NCBI GenBank assembly: GCA_019359035.1
Contig: JAHHIC010000051.1
Location: 94,146 to 158,145 of the forward strand
Reading direction: 5' to 3'
Origin: Scytonematopsis contorta HA4267-MV1
GTDB taxonomy: Bacteria > Cyanobacteriota > Cyanobacteriia > Cyanobacteriales > Nostocaceae
Length of the DNA stretch: 64,000 nucleotides
A model generated the notes under the pieces. The model did no database searches. It was not told the DNA's origin and saw nothing but the letters and a program-made list of their open reading frames with translations. Both the position numbers and the translations under genes were made by a program. Below, one piece after another: positions 9,717 through 19,789 of this stretch. Numbering within the stretch: the stretch's first letter is position 1; each line of letters starts with the position of its first letter.

Positions 9717-9807
9717 AATTGATTAAAGTATGTATCGTTTTTGTCGCGTAATTCATCCCGACACTAACACGAAGTGTATAGTGTGGGGCTTCTTACTGCT
9801 TAAGCTA
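9717..9807. repeat. Left copy of a 91-bp inverted repeat. It is MITE-like and contains an internal imperfect hairpin, CACTAACACGAAGTGTATAGTG.
   Basis: The reverse complement matches 13290-13380 with two mismatches. Confidence 0.9.
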
Positions 9808-10370
9808 AAAGCTGACTGTTCGCTCTTGATAAATTCAAGCAAAGAGGTAACACAATCTTGGTGGGGGTAGTTTGTCAGAGCTTTAGCAGCCTCAACTACA
9901 TCAACATCGGAACCATTACTTAGTTTTTCAATCAGATTTTTCCAATCAGGTTGAGTTTGCATTCGTTTTTACGGAAATTAAAAATATAACTCAATATTAA
10001 TGAAGAGCATCCCAATTTTAAAACCACTGTCTCAAGTCAAGTAATACAATAGAATTATGTTCTGCTGGCAAATACCCCTGCTTGCCACAAACAAAAGCCA
10101 CTAATTTACCAAGGTAAAAATGATTAAGCCCAACACTTTGTATCGCAAACACACTATTGAAAGAGTTGGTCACGGAAAAAAAGCCGTATTTAGGACAATT
10201 ATCAATGATAAAGAGTGGTCAGCCCTTACCGAATCAGAAGTTAAAAGAACTATTGACGCTTGGATAGATGAAGGAGTAGAGCCAGAGTAAAGTTTATCAA
10301 GATAACATTATTAAGTTTTCTTACTAAAAATCCTGAAAAACCTGGTTTACCATTGCTTATGTACTGAAAA

Positions 10371-10922
10371 TTAAATAAGATTTTTCCCAGCACAACGGGA
10401 ATTGTCTAAAAGTTCGTTTAGCTTCGCAATAACTGTCCAAGGATTTCGACCTTTCAAAGGAGCAGCAATCGCAGCCTCATAGGGATTACGACCAGTTTGT
10501 TTAACTGCTTCAAGAGCTGCTTGGTTAGATAATCCTCGTGCATAGACTAACCAAGCAGCTAAAACATGTCCCGTGCGTCCACTTCCACCATAGCAGTGAA
10601 CCACAACTTTCTCGCTTTTTTGGTTTGCATCTGCCAAAAACGGTAAAATTTGCTGAGTTAAAGTTTCGCTATCTGCAAGTTGAAAATCCTCAATTGGTGC
10701 CCAGCAAACCTGATTCAATCCAAAACTGTTTCGATAAGCTTCTAGTAAATCAAAATCTGAGTAAGGAGCTAGCTGAGTCTGGGAAAGCAAACAGCAAACG
10801 CGCTTAATATCTTGACCCCGCATAAATTCAATCCACTGGTTGATATTTTCGTTGCTATACCCAGGTTTTGCGGCACCGAACACAATCGATTCACTTTCTG
10901 AGGCTGCTGCAAATTTATACAT
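10371..10922 (-). CDS. protein-tyrosine / dual-specificity phosphatase
   Basis: A CX5R P-loop is present: VVHCYGGSGRTGHV. The ATG start is chosen downstream of the TTG reported by the ORF track. Confidence 0.85.
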   Translation of the reverse strand: MYKFAAASESESIVFGAAKPGYSNENINQWIEFMRGQDIKRVCCLLSQTQLAPYSDFDLLEAYRNSFGLNQVCWAPIEDFQLADSETLTQQILPFLADANQKSEKVVVHCYGGSGRTGHVLAAWLVYARGLSNQAALEAVKQTGRNPYEAAIAAPLKGRNPWTVIAKLNELLDNSRCAGKNLI

Positions 10923-10972
10923 TTTGTCCAAATTTGTTTGCGTTTGTGATTATCAATATTATTTTTTAACCG

Positions 10973-13210
10973 CTATTTTTTTGATAAACAAATTGAATAA
11001 ACAAATACTGGTACTCTTTTATAAGCTGGTGTACCGCAACGTTTATCGATTTTCGCGGTAAAAATAGCGTTGACTTCCGGATAAAACATCATTGCTGCAC
11101 CTTGACGAATATCTCCGAAAATAATTTCCACGTTTTCTAATTTTCCTGCATCACCTTGAACTGTTACCCGTTGATGTTCGTCAAAACCAGCTTTATCGGC
11201 ATCTTGATGATTCATTAAAATACAATTCCGGTGTGGCATTCCGCGATAATAGTCACCAGGTTTATAAACAACTGTGTTGTGTTGCGAGTAACTTCTTCCT
11301 GTGCCCAAAATTAAGACAATACCTGGGGTTGATTCCGCTATCCCAAAATCTGCTTTGCTCGGTAAATTTAACTTTGGTAAAGGTGTAACAAACATTTTTG
11401 CTTTACCTGTATCTGTAGCAAATTTGGGTTGATTAAAAATACGTCCAGAAATAGTAAATTCTTCTCCTGTAATATCCATATCACCAATTTTTTCATAACC
11501 AGGAATTGTTTTTGCAATCAGTTCGCGGACGTATTTTGTATCTTGAAGTTTACGCCAATTTACTGGGTTATATCCCAAAACTCGATGAGCAATTTCAACG
11601 ATTAATTTAACTTCGGAAATCAAATCACCATTTTTTAAATGAGTTGTCCCCACATCATTGAGACGGACAAAATTATTACCCGATTCGACGGTAGTTTTAT
11701 GGGGATTTTCAAAGCGCGTAAATACTGGCAGAATAATAGTATTTTGCTTTGCTAAACCGTGAAAATGTCCGAGATTGGGTTTTGTTGCTACATAAAAAAT
11801 GGTTTCAATTTGTCCTAAAGCGCGTTTTGCTTGGTTTAAATCGGGGTTTGCTGCGTAGAGATTTCCTCCTAAACATATTAAAGTGTCAACTTCACCCTTT
11901 TCTGCAGCAGTAATCAATGCTCGTGTATCGTAGCCAGGAATGCGACTTAAAGGACGTTGCAACAGTTTTTCCAAAGCTTGCTGAATTTCTTTTTTGAGGT
12001 TGACAGTCACACCCATCGAGCCAAATCCTTGCACGTTTGAGTGTCCGCGAATGGGCATTGTTCCTGCACCTGGTTTTCCTGCGTTTCCTGTCAATAGTGC
12101 AGTATTGGCAATACTATAAATGTTATCGACGCCGTTTTCCTGTTGTGTGACTCCCATTGCCCAAGCAAACACTACACCCGAAGATGTGCGTATCATCCTC
12201 GCTGCGGCTGTAATTTCGTCTTGGGAAATACCGCAAGTTGTGGTAATTTTTTCCCAAGAAGTGCTTTCAGCATGTTTGATTATATTTTCCCAATCTTCGG
12301 TATGGGCTTTGAGAAAATCCTGTTTAACTAAATTTTGTGCGATTAAAGATTTTTGTATCCCCACAAATAAAGCGACATCACTACCAGGGATGGGTTGAAG
12401 ATATAGCGAGGAAATATCCGAACCACCCGCTAGCATAGATTTGATGGGGTACGCTGGGGATGCGAATTTAACTAAACCAACTTCTACGGTTGGGTTAATA
12501 ATAATTACCTTACCACCACGTTCCCGCAGTTTAATTAACTCATTCATCAACCGGGGATGGTTTGCTGGTGCATTAGAACCAATCAACACCACACAATCGG
12601 CTTGTTTGAGATTTTCTAAACTTACCATCGAAGTCCCGGAACCAAACATCTGCTTTAACCCTACCGTCGAAGCTGCGTGACACAAGTCTGAACAATCAGC
12701 TAGGTTATTGGAACCCAATGAACGCATCATCAGTTGCAGCAAAAATGCAGCTTCGTTCGATGACCGACCAGAACTATACGAAGCTATACGCTGGGAAGAT
12801 TTTCTAAATGCTGTCTCCGCAATTTGATAAACCTCATCCCAAGATATTCTTTCATAGCGCGAACTTCCCCGACGTAAAATCAAAGGATGAGTCAACCTAC
12901 CTAAATTATTTGCTTCCTGGGAATTTAATTCTTGTAGTTGTTCCAAAGTATAGTTTTGCTCGAACTGTGTGGCTGGTTGTAGTTCTGATGCAATTGCTTC
13001 TACACTTTTAGCGCAACGTTGCAACACTTCACCATCTTCATTAACAAAACCACCCTTTTGGCCACCTGTCCCCCACGCACAGGAAAGACAAGCACTTTTA
13101 TGAAACAATTTCTGCCAAACCTTGACACCATCAACAGATATAGTTTTATCTGCCCAGTATTTTATGACGGGCATTCCTCCACCGACATCTGGTGTTTTGT
13201 CAGCGCTCAT
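10973..13210 (-). CDS. FdhF/YdeP-family molybdopterin oxidoreductase (formate-dehydrogenase-like alpha subunit)
   Basis: The 745-aa ORF has an N-terminal Cys cluster for an Fe-S site (CLSCAWGTGG), molybdopterin-binding segments, and overall YdeP-like organisation. Confidence 0.85.
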   Translation of the reverse strand: MSADKTPDVGGGMPVIKYWADKTISVDGVKVWQKLFHKSACLSCAWGTGGQKGGFVNEDGEVLQRCAKSVEAIASELQPATQFEQNYTLEQLQELNSQEANNLGRLTHPLILRRGSSRYERISWDEVYQIAETAFRKSSQRIASYSSGRSSNEAAFLLQLMMRSLGSNNLADCSDLCHAASTVGLKQMFGSGTSMVSLENLKQADCVVLIGSNAPANHPRLMNELIKLRERGGKVIIINPTVEVGLVKFASPAYPIKSMLAGGSDISSLYLQPIPGSDVALFVGIQKSLIAQNLVKQDFLKAHTEDWENIIKHAESTSWEKITTTCGISQDEITAAARMIRTSSGVVFAWAMGVTQQENGVDNIYSIANTALLTGNAGKPGAGTMPIRGHSNVQGFGSMGVTVNLKKEIQQALEKLLQRPLSRIPGYDTRALITAAEKGEVDTLICLGGNLYAANPDLNQAKRALGQIETIFYVATKPNLGHFHGLAKQNTIILPVFTRFENPHKTTVESGNNFVRLNDVGTTHLKNGDLISEVKLIVEIAHRVLGYNPVNWRKLQDTKYVRELIAKTIPGYEKIGDMDITGEEFTISGRIFNQPKFATDTGKAKMFVTPLPKLNLPSKADFGIAESTPGIVLILGTGRSYSQHNTVVYKPGDYYRGMPHRNCILMNHQDADKAGFDEHQRVTVQGDAGKLENVEIIFGDIRQGAAMMFYPEVNAIFTAKIDKRCGTPAYKRVPVFVYSICLSKK

Positions 13211-13289
13211 AAGTTTACCTGGAGCAACTACTTTCTATTACTGATGGTAAACCATAGAACAGAAATCGTCAGATAGCCGTTAATTGACC

Positions 13290-13380
13290 TTAGCTTAAGC
13301 AGTAAGAAGCCCCGCACTATACACTTCGTGTTAGTGTCGGGATGAATTACGCGACAAAAACGATACGTACTTTAATCAAT
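13290..13380. repeat. Right copy of the 91-bp inverted repeat
   Basis: Matches the reverse complement of 9717-9807. It overlaps the last three codons of the 13372-14148 ORF. Confidence 0.9.
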
Positions 13381-14148
13381 AGCTAGAAAATATTTAATTT
13401 TATCTACTAAATACTCAACATTATCTTTACTAGAACTGTAAAATTTATCAATTAATATTTTTTGTTGAGATATTAGAGTTAGCACAAGACGACTTTTTGT
13501 ACCAAAAGGCTGTATACCAACTTCGATAATACTTCTTAATGGATACGTAATAATTTTATGATTTGTTATACTTTTACGCTCTATTGCAACTTTATTTAAA
13601 TTTTTATCGAAAGTACAATAAACTGTGGGTAAAGTAATAGCATAAAAACCAAGTGCAATAAAAATAAAACCGATTATGAAAAATGGTACAATACTTCCAG
13701 CAATATCTTGTAAATCATCTTGTTGTTTTATTAACAATGTTTTTTGATTACTAGTAATAAATTCATTAATGTTTTTAGCTATTTGCTGATGTTGTTGTTT
13801 ATCAAGGGTTGGTTTAAATAACAAATACTCTCCATTGGATGCAATAATTTTTACTTGATAATTCATGCCCTTATATTTCTTTTCAATAACCTTTGCAGCT
13901 TGAAGTTCAGATATTTTTAATGTTTCCATACGAGTCAAATAAAATCGATTTAAAGTACAGTTAATTTTGCTTTCTATAAAGCGCTCACAACTTAATTTAA
14001 TACCAGTATTTTCTCCAAAGACTATTGCGAGCAAAGGTAACAAGCTGACCATGACTCCAATCATGGCAAGTTTTTTTCCTTGCTCCCAAAAGCTAACAGG
14101 TTTGTGTTGTAATACAAGGAGAGAATCAGTCTGAGTTAATATTTCCAT
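13372..14148 (-). CDS. membrane protein (hypothetical), AT-rich
   Basis: The 258-aa ORF has two hydrophobic helices (VMVSLLPLLAIVF and IVPFFIIGFIFIALGFYAITL). GC content is low. Confidence 0.55.
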   Translation of the reverse strand: MEILTQTDSLLVLQHKPVSFWEQGKKLAMIGVMVSLLPLLAIVFGENTGIKLSCERFIESKINCTLNRFYLTRMETLKISELQAAKVIEKKYKGMNYQVKIIASNGEYLLFKPTLDKQQHQQIAKNINEFITSNQKTLLIKQQDDLQDIAGSIVPFFIIGFIFIALGFYAITLPTVYCTFDKNLNKVAIERKSITNHKIITYPLRSIIEVGIQPFGTKSRLVLTLISQQKILIDKFYSSSKDNVEYLVDKIKYFLAID

Positions 14149-14682
14149 ATATGTATTTGCTTTTAATTTAGTTAGATACTAAGAAGAACGTAACCCATAA
14201 AGTATTTGCTTTTATCAGTTTGTCTGTAAGATTACATATCTGTTTTAATACATAAAATCTTGTAATGCCAAGGTGTACTGCTGAATTTATATATTTAATA
14301 GTTCCGGTCATGTCATAGGCGGAGAAATAAAAGTAGTTTTATGTAATGCAGATGGAACTTACACTTATACAGATGGAACTAAAGCCTGGAATGCATCGTC
14401 AAATCCAAAACCTTGGTGGCAAGTTAATTGGTTGCCTTTCTAACTTGTGCTAACTTAAGAGAGCCTGAGTAAATAGTTAACAAGTATGCTTCTGGATTTT
14501 ATAATAATTTAAGAGAGAAAGGTTATATTTATCGTTTAGCGACTAATAATGAAGCATTTTTAAACTAACACAAAAGACAGCATATCTTAATTTACATATG
14601 TCAACTAAAAAATTAGCATCTACCCCCAAAGTATGTCAGCTTAAAATTAGTCTTTCAATTTTTGCTTAATTTGCTTAATATT

Positions 14683-15822
14683 TTAAATTAGTTTAGTTGT
14701 ATTCGCATTAAAGACCTGATTTGGAGGTTCAATATTCTCAATCATAGTACTCCAAAAATTAGTAGATCCATTGTAATTATAATATGTATTCAACTCTTGA
14801 AAAGAATTTTTGATAGCATCAGTATTAGCAGTATTATCAATATTTTTAGCAGATAAGGGCATTATTTGCTCGGAAGATGTAGATGCTTTTTGACGATTTC
14901 CAAGATAGTTATCATAATTTTCATCTCCTTTTTCATCATAATATAATCCATATCGTGTACCGTCTGTACCATAATATTCATATGTGTAATACACGCTATT
15001 ATTACCAATTAATGCTTTCCGAAAAGGGTCAACAGCAGGAAAAACTGTCCCATCTTCAAGGTTTACATTTACACCTTTATCTCCTTTTACATCCCAATAA
15101 CTTACAGTTTGAATAGGTTTTTCATTAAGGAAAATAGCCTTATCTTTTTCATTTAAAGCAACAGAATAACCTCCTTTTGTTGTAGGAATTACTAGGTATT
15201 CACTATAAGCATTTACAACCTTAGCAAATTCTGAAGACAGGGTTATATTAGCTTTATTATCCAAATTATAAAAAGCATCAAATGGAGTACCTGGTATTTC
15301 CTTTGCTACGAATTCAGAAAAATCTACTAATGAATTAGTAACAAATGTTTTACCACCAGTTGCTTCATAAAGTTGCCCTGCTGCATATTGTGTACCTACA
15401 GTTGCTACTACAGCTACTACAGTAGGTGCTCCAAAATAAAGTGCAGCAGCTCCTGCGGCTGCAGTTGCTATAGAGGTGACTATATCACTAACTATTGTTT
15501 GACCGAAAGCAATAATTCTAGCTTGATATTTTGTATATCCTTCCTCTTGTAATTCTCGAATTTCTATTGGCAAAGTAATAATCTTATCAAGCCCATAAAA
15601 CTTTATGGATGTATATTTTTGATATTCTTGGGGTGCATCAGCCTTTTTGAGCAAATCTTCAAAAGTTTCTTCCATACTAGAAAGTGTTATCTCTAGCAAA
15701 TCTTTAATCTTATTATTAGATTTTTGAGGATTTATAGTTATATTTTGTAAATCTTTTTGTTGTGCTTTATTATATTTTTTCTCTAGAGTATTGTAAACAA
15801 TTACAAAAGAATTATCTGACAT
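14683..15822 (-). CDS. hypothetical protein (AT-rich, Asn/Tyr-rich C-terminal half)
   Basis: The 379-aa ORF with ATG start sits in a low-GC island. An Ala/Gly/Val-rich segment, IATAAAGAAALYFGAPTVVAVVATVG, may be a membrane or amphipathic region. Confidence 0.55.
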   Translation of the reverse strand: MSDNSFVIVYNTLEKKYNKAQQKDLQNITINPQKSNNKIKDLLEITLSSMEETFEDLLKKADAPQEYQKYTSIKFYGLDKIITLPIEIRELQEEGYTKYQARIIAFGQTIVSDIVTSIATAAAGAAALYFGAPTVVAVVATVGTQYAAGQLYEATGGKTFVTNSLVDFSEFVAKEIPGTPFDAFYNLDNKANITLSSEFAKVVNAYSEYLVIPTTKGGYSVALNEKDKAIFLNEKPIQTVSYWDVKGDKGVNVNLEDGTVFPAVDPFRKALIGNNSVYYTYEYYGTDGTRYGLYYDEKGDENYDNYLGNRQKASTSSEQIMPLSAKNIDNTANTDAIKNSFQELNTYYNYNGSTNFWSTMIENIEPPNQVFNANTTKLI

Positions 15823-16334
15823 TTTTGTAGATTCCTATTCAATATTTACAAAATAACTTTAGCTAAAAAAGCTGGTTAGATTATACCTTTTAGGATATAA
15901 AAAATCGTAAAAATGTTTAATAAACTTCATGTATTAGTACTTGCATTATTCTTTTTAAAAGCAAAAATAATAAAGCTTATTCAGCGAAAACTTTTGCTTG
16001 TTATGCTTTGTTGTAATACTTAGGTATTAGTTTTAGAAAGACTAGCAAATTAACTAAAAAGATTAAACTACTGATTGAAGAAAGGAAAAATTAATGCTTA
16101 CCAAAAATCTTACCATTAAGAATATAGTGATTATAGCGCTCACTAAACCTGTAACAATATCTAGGATTATTGAACTCCACTTCTTTCGCAGTCTAAAATT
16201 TTGATACGTTTCTAGTATTCTCAAATATTGAAATTTGTTAAATTTCAACTTTAGCTAATTTTTTATTTTTTGTTTGAGGTATGACTGAATTTAAGTAACT
16301 AGTGAAAATACAAATTCATCAATGACTTAGTACT

Positions 16335-16814
16335 TTAGCTGTTATGCTCTGGTGATTGTTGCACAGTCATCCAAAGTAGCCATAGTGATATCGCTAAACC
16401 AACTGCACCACTAATCAGAAATTCATAAAATGCCAGAATATGATAGGTATAACTCAAGGTATAGACCCCAAGGCTGAGCGGCAATAATAATAACAGTCCA
16501 GTCCAACTTCCAGGTCGGAGTTTTTGATTTTTCCAACTCAACCCCAGATGGTCTAGCAAGGAATGAGTTAGTCCAATTGCAGGTAAAAGACCCCCCACGA
16601 TTGGCCATTGCCAGCCAGCCAAAGCAACACCGATAGAAAAGATAAAAATGGGCAAATTATCTAAGAAAAGCACACGGTCAAAAACGACTGACTGCCAGTC
16701 TGGTTTAACTTTTTGATATGCAGGAATCCAGGCTTCGGCAATTGTATGAACAATCAGCCCTACCGCTAACAGCAAAATTGAGATATTAAATATGAAGTGT
16801 TGACTATCAAGCAT
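16335..16814 (-). CDS. integral membrane protein (hypothetical)
   Basis: The 159-aa ORF has four to five hydrophobic helices. Confidence 0.6.
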   Translation of the reverse strand: MLDSQHFIFNISILLLAVGLIVHTIAEAWIPAYQKVKPDWQSVVFDRVLFLDNLPIFIFSIGVALAGWQWPIVGGLLPAIGLTHSLLDHLGLSWKNQKLRPGSWTGLLLLLPLSLGVYTLSYTYHILAFYEFLISGAVGLAISLWLLWMTVQQSPEHNS

Positions 16815-16914
16815 TTGTTAGTTCCTCCACAGTAAAGAGCAAAACTGATAAATCCTGTGGTCTAACTATTTATTGTACTGAACGCTTCCATATAATTACC
16901 GTATTTCCTCAATT

Positions 16915-16990
16915 AACAAACTGCCAAATTGGCATTATAGAAGCTGAAAGCTAGCGCTAATCTAGCATTGTTGTATCGGAACAGTTGTTT
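16915..16990. repeat. Copy 1 of a ~75-bp direct repeat containing the palindrome TGCCAAATTGGCA
   Basis: About 90% identical to 30318-30390. Both copies sit immediately upstream of plus-strand DNA-binding or antitoxin genes. Confidence 0.85.
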
Positions 16991-17467
16991 ATGTACGTCG
17001 GGGTCACACAATTAGCAGAAAAACTGAAAGTATCTTCCACAAGAGTCAGAACGCTTCTGAGACAGGGAAGAATCACAGGTGCTTTTAAAATAGGGAAAAT
17101 TTGGGTAATACCGTTGGTTGAAGGTATGCCACAAGCAACAAAAGGCTCTAGAGGTCCAACACTTTCCTGGAAAACACGTCGTATCAATGCGGTGACTAAC
17201 ATTCATGTCAACCAACATATCATTCGTAGCAATAATAAAACGGGCGATCGCAATCCTGTGATTACGGTGAAACGACACGATAGCAATACTTACGGTCACG
17301 AGGTGGTCATAAATGGCCCTTGTCGAATAGTTTACGAGCCAGATACAGGTTTACCCGCTTGTAATTCCGCAAAAGTTTGGATTGAGACTTTTTCGCAGGT
17401 CGAAGTTATTTGTAAAGAATTCTGCAACATGGTTGGAGATAAAAGCGTTTTTTGTGGCGTTGGATAA
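16991..17467 (+). CDS. excisionase-family / MerR-like HTH DNA-binding protein with a C-terminal domain of unknown function
   Basis: The N-terminal MYVGVTQLAEKLKVSSTRVRTLLRQGRITGAFKIGKIWVIP matches the excisionase-type HTH pattern. Overlapping minus-strand ORFs are judged spurious. Confidence 0.55.
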   Translation: MYVGVTQLAEKLKVSSTRVRTLLRQGRITGAFKIGKIWVIPLVEGMPQATKGSRGPTLSWKTRRINAVTNIHVNQHIIRSNNKTGDRNPVITVKRHDSNTYGHEVVINGPCRIVYEPDTGLPACNSAKVWIETFSQVEVICKEFCNMVGDKSVFCGVG

Positions 17468-17574
17468 ATTAAATTTTTCAGCTATATAATTCGGTTTGAG
17501 CAGAAGCTTTGACTATAGCGCTATAGGTCAGGATGATTATAATTGAAACTATATATAATGAGGTTAAGTTTCTT

Positions 17575-17979
17575 ATGGCTCCACCTACAGAAATTCGCAA
17601 AAGAGCTATTACGCTGTTGGAACAATTACCGGGAGAATCATTATTAAAGGCAGTTGAATTTTTGGAAGCCCTTTCTCACGAAGCTTTGCAGGTGTCAGAA
17701 ACGCCAAAACCAGAATTGGTAAGCGAAGCCGCTTTGCTTAAAATTATTCAAAACCGTCTGCCTTCTGAAGAACAATATAGATTAACTTACTTGCGCCAAC
17801 AAAATGAAGCCGGAAAAATCACAGAAGTAGAGCATCAAGAGTTACTGATGTACGTTGAACGTATTGAGCAACAAGATGCAGAACGCGCAGAAGCATTAAT
17901 AAAACTTGCTCACCTTCGCAAAGTTGATTTAAAGGTGCTGATTAACGAGTTTTTACCTACACACACTAACGCAGCATAA
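17575..17979 (+). CDS. small helical protein, a possible partner or antitoxin of the downstream HNH nuclease. The start is uncertain; the tracked ORF begins at 17533.
   Basis: Its stop overlaps the start of the HNH gene (TAATG at 17976-17981). It is acidic with coiled-coil-like content. Confidence 0.45.
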   Translation: MAPPTEIRKRAITLLEQLPGESLLKAVEFLEALSHEALQVSETPKPELVSEAALLKIIQNRLPSEEQYRLTYLRQQNEAGKITEVEHQELLMYVERIEQQDAERAEALIKLAHLRKVDLKVLINEFLPTHTNAA

Positions 17980-18422
17980 TGTCAGAACGAACCACAGAAC
18001 CAATGAGGCGTATTGTTGCTATTCGTGCGCGTGGTTACTGCGAGTATTGTCGCTGTTCCGAACAATTTGCAACTGAGGGCTTCACAGTTGAACATATAAA
18101 ACCTCGACAAGCAGGTGGTGAAACAATTTTAGAGAATCTTGCTTGGAGTTGCGTTGGCTGTAATAGTTATAAACATGCCAAAGTACAAGGAACCGACCCA
18201 GTAACGGGAGAAAAAATAGCACTATATAATCCTCGACGACAGCCTTGGAGTGAACATTTTGAGTGGAGTGATGATTTTACAAGGGTGTTAGGTAAAACGC
18301 CTTATGGTCGAGCAACAGTTGAAGCTTTGCATTTGAATCGCTTTGGTGTTGTGAATCTGCGCCGTTTGTTGTTTGCTGCGAATCTACATCCACCAGAAAA
18401 GTTAGAAGATAATGAATTATAA
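17979..18422 (+). CDS. HNH endonuclease
   Basis: An HNH motif is present in CEYCRCSE...HIKPRQAGGETILENLAWSCVGCNSYK, showing C-x2-C...H...N...C-x2-C spacing. Confidence 0.8.
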   Translation: MSERTTEPMRRIVAIRARGYCEYCRCSEQFATEGFTVEHIKPRQAGGETILENLAWSCVGCNSYKHAKVQGTDPVTGEKIALYNPRRQPWSEHFEWSDDFTRVLGKTPYGRATVEALHLNRFGVVNLRRLLFAANLHPPEKLEDNEL

Positions 18423-18701
18423 ACTCTACTCACGATAATAAGCACTAGAACAATAACCGCTCCACACAGGCAGCTACCTTGGGCAACATTAGCATTGGAC
18501 ATATTTTTCTCCCTTGGGTTTAAAGCATAAACATCTATTATATCGGTGCGGAGAGTACCAATTAATCTGGGGTCAGCTTGTTCTTAATCCAGAAGAATTA
18601 ATATATCAAACGTTTTTTGTTACAATTGATATCTGTGAAACTAAGTGGTAACGTGAATAAAAATCTTGGTATTTTAGCAAGCGGTATTTTACTAGAAAAT
18701 A

Positions 18702-19697
18702 ATGAAGTCATTAAAGTTTTATAAGTTTAGCTTTTGGTTAATCGCTTTTGCGCTTTGGGGATGGATGGCTCCTTCATCAAAAGCGGCAATGCTAGTGACC
18801 AGCATTAAAAATGATAGTATCCTCCGTTACAACGATACAACAGGAGAATTTATTGATACTTTTATCCCAAGTGGTGCTAATGGCTTAGACGGTCCAGCAG
18901 GTATGAAGATTGGACCAGATGGGCTACTTTACGTTATCAGCATTGTCAATGATAACATCTTACGTTATAACCCTCAGACAGGAGCATTTATTGATACTTT
19001 TGTTAGCGACAAAACACTTGATTTTGCAGAAGATTTGACTTTCGATCCAGATGGGAATTTTTACCTTTCAAGTTCGAGTACTCAACAAAGTAGAAATAAG
19101 GTTGTACGCTATGACGGTAAAACTGGTAATTTTATAGATAACTTTGTGACACCTGGTAGTGGTGGAATATTTGGACCAGTTGGTATTGACTTTGGAAGGG
19201 ATGGAAATTTGTATGTAGGTAGTGTTTTTAAGGGTGAGATTTTACGCTATAACGGTAAGACAGGGGCATTTATTGATACTTTTATAAAAGGTAATCCTGG
19301 TGATAGATTTGCCGACTTTACTTTCGCTCCTGATGGTAATCTCTACATTGCTAATCCTGGTACTGATAGTGTTTCTCGATATAATAGCGTTACAGGACGA
19401 TTTATTGATACCTTTGTTAAAAGCGGTAGCGGGGGGCTTGACCGTCCTGTAGAAGCAGTCTTCGGGCTGGATGGCAATTTATACGTTAATAGTTTTGAAA
19501 CTGATAGTATTCTTCGTTACGACGCTAAGACAGGAAATTTTATTGATGCTTTTGTAACTACTGGTCGTGGTGGTTTAGATGGTCCTACTTCAATTGTATT
19601 TGTTAAAGATATTCCAGAACCTAGCAGCAGTCTTGCAATCTCAATTTCTGCTTTAATTGGTCTATTCAAACTCCGTAAGCGAAAAAAAGCGAACTAA
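18702..19697 (+). CDS. PEP-CTERM sorting-domain protein with ~45-aa NHL/beta-propeller-like repeats
   Basis: It has an N-terminal signal peptide. Repeated units follow the pattern ILRYN..TG.FIDTFV...G.GGL.GP.G..FGPDGNLYV. The C-terminus IPEPSSSLAISISALIGLFKLRKRKK shows PEP, a TM segment, and a basic tail. Confidence 0.8.
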   Translation: MKSLKFYKFSFWLIAFALWGWMAPSSKAAMLVTSIKNDSILRYNDTTGEFIDTFIPSGANGLDGPAGMKIGPDGLLYVISIVNDNILRYNPQTGAFIDTFVSDKTLDFAEDLTFDPDGNFYLSSSSTQQSRNKVVRYDGKTGNFIDNFVTPGSGGIFGPVGIDFGRDGNLYVGSVFKGEILRYNGKTGAFIDTFIKGNPGDRFADFTFAPDGNLYIANPGTDSVSRYNSVTGRFIDTFVKSGSGGLDRPVEAVFGLDGNLYVNSFETDSILRYDAKTGNFIDAFVTTGRGGLDGPTSIVFVKDIPEPSSSLAISISALIGLFKLRKRKKAN

Positions 19698-19743
19698 TTT
19701 TTTGACATGTTTAACTCAACATCAATTATCATCTCCGGAAAAT

Positions 19744-19777
19744 AATGTAGAGACGCGATTAATCGCGTCTCTACATT
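19744..19777. terminator. Palindromic hairpin-family element AATGTAGAGACGCGATTAATCGCGTCTCTACATT, located between convergent genes
   Basis: A perfect 14-bp stem is read from the sequence. The same element recurs at 30233, 46999 and 60684. Confidence 0.6.
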
Positions 19778-19789
19778 ACTGGAAGCCTT

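Noticed and set aside
12120-13276. Several plus-strand ORFs of 62-92 aa inside and just past the YdeP-type oxidoreductase gene
   Set aside because: They are antisense to a confidently assigned 745-aa gene.
16957-17299. Two minus-strand ORFs (81 aa and 95 aa) overlapping the excisionase-family HTH gene
   Set aside because: The plus-strand ORF carries a recognisable HTH motif and start context. The minus ORFs are Cys/Ile-rich antisense artefacts.
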